From an uncultured archaeon (GTDB taxonomy: Archaea > Asgardarchaeota > Lokiarchaeia > Sigyniarchaeales > SOKP01), in the NCBI GenBank assembly GCA_964632315.1, contig CAZWEM010000007.1:48571-112570 (forward strand): a DNA stretch of 64,000 nucleotides, in the 5' to 3' direction. This document shows, piece by piece, positions 18,079 through 25,488 of the stretch. The notes below the pieces were generated by a model. The model was not told where the DNA came from. It saw nothing but the letters and a program-made list of their open reading frames with translations, and ran no database searches. Numbering within the stretch: the stretch's first letter is position 1; every line of letters begins with the position of its first letter. Made by a program: the position numbers and the translations under genes.

Positions 18079-19386
18079 TTAATGACTCGCACACGAGACA
18101 CATGGATCAAAAGATCTTATAATTTGTTGAACATCACATTTAACTCCATTAATATCGCCAGTTTTTTGATATAATCTTCGAGCATAATTCGTTATCATTG
18201 TATTTATGAGTGGAATGTTTATTTCTGTTGCTATGAGCAATTTTACTTCCTTTACTATCTTATTCTCATCAATCTTGTAGTGATGGATCAATGTGCCACG
18301 AGGAGCCTCTAAAATTCCAACACCATCTTTTCTTTCAATTTTTTTTAAATTTGAGAGATTCCTTTTTCCCTTTAGTGCAGGATTATCTAAAATTGCTAAA
18401 GCTTGGTTTGCTTCTACAAAAATTTCAATTAATCTGAGAAAGTTCATAAACAAGGTCGATCTTTTCCAGGATTTATCGAAATTTGTGAAATATTTATCAA
18501 CATCCTCAACGTTATAACTTTCAATCAGATTATAACGTGCAAGAGGACCAACTAAAATGCTTGAATCTTTTTCTAAATTAAAATTGATCCCTCGTAGATC
18601 AGGATCTTTATCAAAATATCTTTCATAATTATTAAATTGAAAGTCTACGGGTTTAGATTGATCGGTGAGTAATCTCAATATACCATTGTATCTTCCGTAA
18701 TTGCCATGAAAATGTTGACTGAGAAATGTTGTATTTGGTAAGGTGAATTGTTCTGGAGGCTCAAAATTTGAAAATAGGTTTATAAATTTATCTAACACAT
18801 AATCTATACTTACAATAACTTTTTGGAAGTAGCGTTTTACGGTTGTAAAATCTTTTTTTATTGGAGTATAAATTACTCCTCCTGGAATTGTATTAATTAA
18901 ATGTACCGAACGACCACCAAATATCTTGTCAATTTCGTTCCCAAATTTGACTAGCTCATACATGTATGAGGTTAATTGAGGATCAAAATGGGTTAATTCA
19001 TATGGATTAGGAACATTTTTAAAATGTCCAAAAATATGTAAAAGATCTGGTAATGCTTGAAAGAAATAATGCATTGAATGAGATTTGATTAGTTCGCCTG
19101 TCAATAATAATTTTCTTAGAAGTATCATTTGTTCATCTGGTTCAACATTAAATATGTGTTCAATTGCCTTGCAACTTACGATACTTTGAGAAGCATGGCA
19201 TAGCCCACATATCCTACTTACAATTCGGGGAAGTTCTATTAATCTCTTTCCAATAAGAATTTGTTCAAATCCTCTTAAAGTATTAATTTCGAAATCTACC
19301 GTGGAAATATTATCATCTTGAAGAATTATTTTTACATTTCCATGGCCTTCTATTCTAGTACATAGATCTACGATCTTTAACATCAT
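18079..19386 (-). CDS. mvhA: Group 3 [NiFe]-hydrogenase large subunit (MvhA-like) with no C-terminal extension
   Basis: TRIEGH, RGFE, L1 RICGLC, EAPRGTLIHHY, L2 FDPCVSCASH followed directly by TAA. Confidence 0.9.
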   Translation of the reverse strand: MMLKIVDLCTRIEGHGNVKIILQDDNISTVDFEINTLRGFEQILIGKRLIELPRIVSRICGLCHASQSIVSCKAIEHIFNVEPDEQMILLRKLLLTGELIKSHSMHYFFQALPDLLHIFGHFKNVPNPYELTHFDPQLTSYMYELVKFGNEIDKIFGGRSVHLINTIPGGVIYTPIKKDFTTVKRYFQKVIVSIDYVLDKFINLFSNFEPPEQFTLPNTTFLSQHFHGNYGRYNGILRLLTDQSKPVDFQFNNYERYFDKDPDLRGINFNLEKDSSILVGPLARYNLIESYNVEDVDKYFTNFDKSWKRSTLFMNFLRLIEIFVEANQALAILDNPALKGKRNLSNLKKIERKDGVGILEAPRGTLIHHYKIDENKIVKEVKLLIATEINIPLINTMITNYARRLYQKTGDINGVKCDVQQIIRSFDPCVSCASH

Positions 19387-19387
19387 T

Positions 19388-20146
19388 TCACCTCTCTAAA
19401 ACTGGTCTTGAAAATCTGTAGAAAATTCCATCATATTTACGCAAAGTTGCAGATAGATTTATGAGGCTCAAAAAATTAATAACATTTGAAGTATAATCCT
19501 TAGAAATGGGCCCCATACATCCCTCACAAGGCATTCCTTGATTAATACATTTGTGCTCGCATCCTTCTCGTGTAATGGGACCTAAACATAAAATTCCCCT
19601 TTTTAAAAAGCAGATCCCATTTGTTTCAAAATCCGAAATCTCTTCAGGATTAGGTTCAAATCGAGAAATTTCAATTTCTGTGTTTAGAGTTATGTCCGCT
19701 TTTAATGGGCAATTTGCACATAAATTTTTGTTTGATAATTCGATTTCTTTATTTTCGATTATATGTAGTAAAATGTTACCTAACATTTTAGAAGGAGGAG
19801 GACAACCGGGAATAATTCCATCAATTTCTATGTATTTAGAAATAGGTTCTGCATTTTTAACTTTAGAAAGACTCAAGATACCACCAAAAGTAGCACAAGA
19901 TCCTAAAGAAAATACTTTTTTAGCATAATATCTTATAGTTTTAACCAGGTCAATTTGCTCTTTTTCAGAGATGCATCCTTCTATGAGAGCAATATCACAA
20001 TCCTTTATTTCTATTTCATCATTAATAAACGGAAAGATAACGTCTCGGGTTCTCTCGAGAAACTGGGGAAAGATATCTAATGCCATTAACGTTGATATAC
20101 ATCCACTACAAGATGTTAATGAATAAATGAGAATTTTAGGCTTCAA
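19388..20146 (-). CDS. mvhG: [NiFe]-hydrogenase small subunit (MvhG-like)
   Basis: SCSGC, IEG, GSCATFGG, IPGCPP, CANCP, CFLKRGILCLGPITREGC...C...PCEGCMG. Likely TTG start at 20146 after a GAGGTG SD, overlapping the upstream stop. Confidence 0.88.
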   Translation of the reverse strand: MKPKILIYSLTSCSGCISTLMALDIFPQFLERTRDVIFPFINDEIEIKDCDIALIEGCISEKEQIDLVKTIRYYAKKVFSLGSCATFGGILSLSKVKNAEPISKYIEIDGIIPGCPPPSKMLGNILLHIIENKEIELSNKNLCANCPLKADITLNTEIEISRFEPNPEEISDFETNGICFLKRGILCLGPITREGCEHKCINQGMPCEGCMGPISKDYTSNVINFLSLINLSATLRKYDGIFYRFSRPVLER

Positions 20147-22697
20147 TTTCTCCCACCTCTTCCAATTCTTTGTAAAATTTTTGAATGATTTCAGAAAACT
20201 TACTTCCTTCCACAGCATTTACATGTTTCAATATGACTCGGTGGGCGAATTTTGGACCAAGAATACTCTTTAATAAGTGAACTTTCTTTCTTACGTTCTC
20301 AATACCATCAATGTATCTGCAAGAGTTTTTTCGGCATCCAATGATCAAAATTCCATCAAACCCTAATTCAAAAGATTTTATAATAAAGCTTGAATCGACC
20401 CTTCCGGTACATGGTACTTGAATTATGAAGATATTAGGATAATATGTTATCTTCTTCAATCCAGCATCATCAGCTGCAGCATAACCACAAGATCGACAAC
20501 AAAATGCGATAATTTTAGGCGAATTTTTAAATTTGGAAAATATTTCTATACTTTTTAATATTTTTTCAGAGCTGTCTATGTTCATGCTCAAAGCATTAGT
20601 AGGACAGACGCTTACACAAGTACCACATCCCTTACACTTGAATTTATCAATGTTTAATTTATCAACTTCAAAAGTTATAGCATTATAAGGACATACTTTT
20701 AAGCATAGTCCACAGAGACCACATCTTTCATAATTTATTTCAATTCCTCCAAATTCAGCTAATAAATAATCATTAGAAAGTAAAGAAATTACTTTTAACG
20801 CAACTTGGTTTGCTGATATAATAACCTCCTTATAACTTAATGGCCCAAAAATCGAGCCTGCCCCGTAGACTCCTGAAGCAAGTGTTTCTTCGCTCATAAA
20901 TCCAAAATCATTTAATGTAAAATCCATTTGTTTACGAAGAACTTTTAAATCTTTATTGGGAATTAAATTAGGATTCAGAATTATTAAATCAGAAGGATAT
21001 TCTTTATCATCAGCAACGACAACATTTTGGTTATATGTGTTTTTAATTTCTAACTTTTCAGCGTAATGAATCCTATCATCAAAAATACTAAATCTATATG
21101 AGGGAGTTTTCACCTTATTTTGAATTTGATAAAACACATTTATGTTTATTTCTGGATTCTTTTGGCGAATTTCTTCCATGTATTTTAATACTAAGACGTT
21201 AGCTAAATCTAATTGTGAGTTGCTCTCAGTTGCATTCTGAATTATGGAGATATCATTCGGTACTGCTTTATCTGAAAGACGAATGATTTTTCCTTCTGTT
21301 ATTCCATCTGAAGATAATATTCTTTCAAATTCAGCTGAAGTTATTATATCATTCATTGGATTATGGGAGAAATTATCAAATTTATCAGGAAGGTCAGTAC
21401 CAATAGCAACCACCTTAGTACCTGCTTTAATTCGTATTTCTTCTGGTTTTTGAGATAGATCAATTGCTTTGTTTGGACATGCCCGTTCGCATATTCCGCA
21501 ATTAAGACAGTTCTTTATGTCTTCTTGATCAATTATGGGAGCATATGGATAACAATGAATAAATGGTAAGTATATTATTTTTCGCTCCTCCAAATTAAAC
21601 TCATATTGATTTGGTTTTTGAACACTACATAAATCGATACATTGCTTACAACCAGTACATTTGGTTTCATCTACAAACCTTGGATTTTTTCTTAAATCAA
21701 TGGTAAAATTACCAACCTCTCCAGAGATATTCATAACTTCTGTATTAGTAAAAATTTTGATATTAGATTCTTTTACAAGTTCAGAAATGAATTCTGAAAT
21801 AAAACATATCGAACAATCTCCCATTTCATAAATTTTATGCCATCTTGCTACTTTTCCTCCAAGTGTTGCCGATTTTTCAATTAAATACACTTTTATTCCC
21901 GCCCTTGCTAGATTAAGAGCAACAGTCATCCCAGCAATACCTCCTCCAAGAACTGCGCAACTCCGTTCAACTTCTACCTTTTTAACCCTAATTGCTTTTT
22001 GAAGTATTGCTCTCTCGACTGCAGCTTCTATTAATAATTTAGCTTTTTCTAGGGTTAAAGCAGGATCTATTATTTCGTTTAAATTATTATGAACCCACGC
22101 ACATTGTTCTCTAATATTCGCAAATTCAATATAAGTATGATCAACTGTATTTTCAAAAATATGCTCAAAGAGATGTTGATGAGTCTTGGGAGAACAAGCA
22201 GCAATAACAATCTTATTTAAGTAGTTATCTTTAACCCAATTTTTAATTTGATCAAAATTTTTCTGTTGACATAAATTTTGAAAACGTTTAACTGAAACCA
22301 CGTTTCTTAAACGGGTAATGTAATTCTCAAGTGCGGAAATATTGATAACACTAGAAATTTCCTCATTACAATTACAAATTATTACGCCTACTCTACTGAT
22401 CTCACTTCCTTTGGAGTGAAAATAATCATCTATGTCCTCACCTGAGAGAATTCGTTTATTAAGATTCATAATAGTCATAATCCTTTTGCCATCTTCGGTG
22501 AGAAAATAGGATTTATTATCCTTTCCAATAAGAGAACCAAGTTTCTTAAGGTGAAAATTAAGTTGACCAGTCGTATCTAACCCAAGGCGTTCCATTAACT
22601 CTGTGTAAGGAATATAACCTTCTTTTTCCAAAAGGAGTAAAATTTTTCTTCGAAAAGGGTGGGATAAAATTGAATAAACATCCATTTCTTTTAACAT
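20136..22697 (-). CDS. Winged-helix (ArsR-like)-HdrA-MvhD fusion flavo-FeS protein
   Basis: aa ~5-85 wHTH; HdrA N-domain (GVIICNC, AACSP, ANIREQCAWVH); FAD motif GGGIAG; two 2x[4Fe-4S] domains; C-terminal MvhD (IIAFCC, VPCTGRVD, GC...CRY). Confidence 0.9.
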   Translation of the reverse strand: MLKEMDVYSILSHPFRRKILLLLEKEGYIPYTELMERLGLDTTGQLNFHLKKLGSLIGKDNKSYFLTEDGKRIMTIMNLNKRILSGEDIDDYFHSKGSEISRVGVIICNCNEEISSVINISALENYITRLRNVVSVKRFQNLCQQKNFDQIKNWVKDNYLNKIVIAACSPKTHQHLFEHIFENTVDHTYIEFANIREQCAWVHNNLNEIIDPALTLEKAKLLIEAAVERAILQKAIRVKKVEVERSCAVLGGGIAGMTVALNLARAGIKVYLIEKSATLGGKVARWHKIYEMGDCSICFISEFISELVKESNIKIFTNTEVMNISGEVGNFTIDLRKNPRFVDETKCTGCKQCIDLCSVQKPNQYEFNLEERKIIYLPFIHCYPYAPIIDQEDIKNCLNCGICERACPNKAIDLSQKPEEIRIKAGTKVVAIGTDLPDKFDNFSHNPMNDIITSAEFERILSSDGITEGKIIRLSDKAVPNDISIIQNATESNSQLDLANVLVLKYMEEIRQKNPEININVFYQIQNKVKTPSYRFSIFDDRIHYAEKLEIKNTYNQNVVVADDKEYPSDLIILNPNLIPNKDLKVLRKQMDFTLNDFGFMSEETLASGVYGAGSIFGPLSYKEVIISANQVALKVISLLSNDYLLAEFGGIEINYERCGLCGLCLKVCPYNAITFEVDKLNIDKFKCKGCGTCVSVCPTNALSMNIDSSEKILKSIEIFSKFKNSPKIIAFCCRSCGYAAADDAGLKKITYYPNIFIIQVPCTGRVDSSFIIKSFELGFDGILIIGCRKNSCRYIDGIENVRKKVHLLKSILGPKFAHRVILKHVNAVEGSKFSEIIQKFYKELEEVGEIEA

Positions 22698-22945
22698 CCC
22701 TCTGACTTTTTATGATAAATAAATTGATAAATTTTTTAATATGATAATTTTTTTTATCAACATGACAAATGATGTGATCAAGATATATAAATCTATGTTG
22801 TAAATCGATCATATAATGTTGCATTCCAAAAATAGCGATCCTCAATTTCAATAATATTGAGTATTTTTCTATAAAAAATCCGGTAATTAATACCAAAAAA
22901 CTATAAAAGTAGGGGTTGTTACAGCAAAATAGGTTCAAATCTTAA

Positions 22946-23019
22946 TTGACAACACTTTTAGTTAAGCATTTTTTTTGATAAGATTTGTTGTCAAATTTAG
23001 CATTAATTTTGTTGTCAAA
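22946..23019. promoter_or_regulatory. Repeated TGTTGTCAA boxes in the divergent promoter region
   Basis: TTGACAACA 22946-22954 (inverted); TTTGTTGTCAAA at 22984-22995 and 23008-23019 (perfect 12-bp direct repeat, 24-bp period). Confidence 0.6.
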
Positions 23020-23100
23020 CTCTTTAAATTTGGAATAAATGGTTTTTCAATTAGAAAACTGTATTCAACTAATTTCCAACGAAAAAAAGGTGGTAAAAAA

Positions 23101-23721
23101 ATGGAAGTATTAGAATTGAACGGTCCCAAGGATGTAAAAATTATTGTATACATGGCAAAGTCAGAAAAGTCAGATATTCAGAAGGGATTCGATAGTAGAG
23201 TCCTTTCTTTTATCAAGGAAAAAGGAGTAAAGTTTGTAACCATTGATTTTCAAATTGACATTAAATCATTCAAAAATACAGACTTAGGAAAAGTATTAGA
23301 AAAGTCAGGAATTCCATTTTATCAAGTTGATATTCCTGAATATGCTATGGGATATATTTATGAGGAAATAGTGGAGAAGGAAGAATTAATGAATGAGTTA
23401 TGCGATGAATATGAATCAATGGAGAATAAGGATAGTTATAAAGGAGAAAGCTTGAAAAATTGGATTGACCTGCTTCATGAAGAAATCCAGCAGAAAGAAA
23501 ATTATATTAGTCTAAAATTAAGACCGCAGTGGATTGTTAAAAAAATGTTGGATCTATCTAAAACTCATAGAGCAAATCGAGTAGTATTCCTTCATTATGT
23601 CCAAACGGACATTTGTGAAGATATTTGCCCACAAGTCACACAACAATTAAGAGAAGTGGGCGTTAAGGTAATTAATTATAATGTAAAAAAACATTTAAGA
23701 GAAATATTAGCAAAATCTTAA
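23101..23721 (+). CDS. Hypothetical protein, paralog of the N-terminal domain of the next gene
   Basis: Likely ATG at 23101 after an AGGTGG SD; IPFYQVDIPEYA...W...EEIQQKE...LRPQWIVKKML aligns with IPYEMVDISEQA...W...EEYDQKE...VREAWMMMKVL. Confidence 0.75.
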   Translation: MEVLELNGPKDVKIIVYMAKSEKSDIQKGFDSRVLSFIKEKGVKFVTIDFQIDIKSFKNTDLGKVLEKSGIPFYQVDIPEYAMGYIYEEIVEKEELMNELCDEYESMENKDSYKGESLKNWIDLLHEEIQQKENYISLKLRPQWIVKKMLDLSKTHRANRVVFLHYVQTDICEDICPQVTQQLREVGVKVINYNVKKHLREILAKS

Positions 23722-23725
23722 AAAG

Positions 23726-25432
23726 GTGAAAATAAAAATGTCTGAAACCTTAGAATTAAAAGCAATAAAGGACAAAAACCTAAAATTGGTAATGGTAGAA
23801 AGCGAATTTCCTATAGATTGGTTTTTTAATAAGGAAAAAAATGATGATTCATTACTTTTGAATTTACATTTTGTCTCTAAACAATATCTACACGTCATTG
23901 AAGGTTTGATTGATCAGTATAAACCCAAGTTTATTTTGGAAGAAAAAGGTAATCGAGACGAAGCTTTTACTGAGGATGATCCTTTAAAAGACCTCTTTAA
24001 AAGTAGAAATATTCCTTATGAAATGGTCGATATTTCTGAACAAGCAGAAGATTATTTGCGAGCATCTTTAGATGATCATAAAGCATTAATTAAACAGTTA
24101 ACTGGAAAGATTGATCAAATGATAAAAGTGAACCATGGAGCACCCCCCATTAATGATGAGACATTCTCTCAATTAATCATGTGGAGGGAACATTTACAAG
24201 AAGAATATGACCAGAAAGAAGATGAGGTAAGATATAAAGTTCGGGAAGCGTGGATGATGATGAAGGTATTAAAACAAGCCAAAAGTTTTACGGATAAAAA
24301 GCTTTCAGGCCTCTTCATTTGCGATGAGCGCCATTTTGAGGGATTAGAAAATCTAGCAACAAATTTAAATGTCTTGACGGAGCAAATAAAGATTAAAAAA
24401 GAGATTGCAATAGAACAACCAATGCTTTTAAACACCGATGGAAGCATTTCTACTGCTAATGAAAGTCCAAGCGCTGTAGGAAAATCAATGTGGGAATTGT
24501 CTGCCATAAAGATAAAAAAAGCAGATACTTCTGATAAGATATGTTATTTCTTTGATACTGATGAGATGGCTTCTCCATTTGACATTAACATGGCATATGA
24601 TGCTGGGTTTGATGTGGTAGTACCTGTACCTAGTATTAATGCTGATAAAGTACCAAAATTAGTTCAAGACGCAATCTTCTCTCGTAAACCAAATGCTCCC
24701 ACAACCTTCTTTATAGGAGGATCAAATGTCCTTGAAGGAGAAAAAATAGCAAAAAAGGTAATAAAATCATTGGTTCCTCCTTTTGAATGTCCTGTAATCA
24801 TTGATCCTCGTGGTTCTCATACCACTGCATCTGCTGTTGTAGCCATGACCATAGATATTGCAAGAAAAGAGCATGGAATAAAGGATGTTAAAGGAAAAAA
24901 AGTGATTATCTTTGGGGCAGGCCCCGTTGGTAGGATTGCTGCTATACTTGGAGCTAAGTTAAAGTGTGACACTTATCTTATCGAAACTTGGGATAAAGGA
25001 TCTAAGAAAGCAATTGAAAAGCTAGCAGAGGAACTCACTAAAGAAGCTGGAGAAAACGCAACGAAGGTCAAGGGTATATTTGCACCAACAATAGAAGAAA
25101 GAGTTGAGATTAGCAAAGATGCAAGTTTCATATGGTCCTTAGCAGCTGCGGGTGTAGAAGTTTTACCTGTTCACGCTATGCAGAAACTCTCAGGAAAGAA
25201 GATAGTCGTGGATATTAATCTGGTCCCTCCATATGGAATTGAAGGAATCAAACCAAAACACAAGAATGATGAGATTTATCCTGGAATTTTCGGAATAGGA
25301 GCTCTGGCTTTAGGAAGACTGAAATCAGAATCAGAAGGCCAAATTTTAAAAGAAGCAGCTCAAACTAAGGGTAAAAGGATTTTTGATTATAATTATGCAT
25401 TTGAAAAGGCAAATGAACTCTTAGCTAAATAA
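23726..25432 (+). CDS. Unknown N-terminal domain fused to an NAD(P)-dependent methylene-H4MPT/H4F dehydrogenase (MtdB/MtdA family)
   Basis: SPFDINMAYDAG, QDAIFSR, FIGG, VPPF, DPRGSHTTA, GAGPVG, DINLVPPYGIEG, GIGALALG. Confidence 0.85.
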   Translation: MKIKMSETLELKAIKDKNLKLVMVESEFPIDWFFNKEKNDDSLLLNLHFVSKQYLHVIEGLIDQYKPKFILEEKGNRDEAFTEDDPLKDLFKSRNIPYEMVDISEQAEDYLRASLDDHKALIKQLTGKIDQMIKVNHGAPPINDETFSQLIMWREHLQEEYDQKEDEVRYKVREAWMMMKVLKQAKSFTDKKLSGLFICDERHFEGLENLATNLNVLTEQIKIKKEIAIEQPMLLNTDGSISTANESPSAVGKSMWELSAIKIKKADTSDKICYFFDTDEMASPFDINMAYDAGFDVVVPVPSINADKVPKLVQDAIFSRKPNAPTTFFIGGSNVLEGEKIAKKVIKSLVPPFECPVIIDPRGSHTTASAVVAMTIDIARKEHGIKDVKGKKVIIFGAGPVGRIAAILGAKLKCDTYLIETWDKGSKKAIEKLAEELTKEAGENATKVKGIFAPTIEERVEISKDASFIWSLAAAGVEVLPVHAMQKLSGKKIVVDINLVPPYGIEGIKPKHKNDEIYPGIFGIGALALGRLKSESEGQILKEAAQTKGKRIFDYNYAFEKANELLAK

Positions 25433-25488
25433 TTCTTTTTTTTATTTTAAATTCAAAAATTATCAAACTTTAAACGGGGGCTTTAAAA

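Noticed and set aside
20147-20218. Annotated 5' extension of mvhG
   Set aside because: It overlaps the MvhD coding end; TTG 20146 with a GAGGTG SD gives a canonical small-subunit N-terminus
18079-22697. Selenocysteine recoding in HdrA/MvhD/MvhA, which is known in Lokiarchaeia
   Set aside because: All three ORFs are continuous with Cys at the usual Sec positions (DCSIC, FCC, DPC). No in-frame TGA and no separate VhuU peptide are needed.
22984-23019. Possible mini-CRISPR or iteron array
   Set aside because: Only two 12-bp units with a 12-bp spacer, and no cas or rep genes
22975-23100. Annotated N-terminal extension of ORF 22975 and the overlapping ORFs 22558..22938 and 22962..23153
   Set aside because: The region is AT-rich promoter DNA containing the repeats; the SD and the paralog alignment point to ATG 23101
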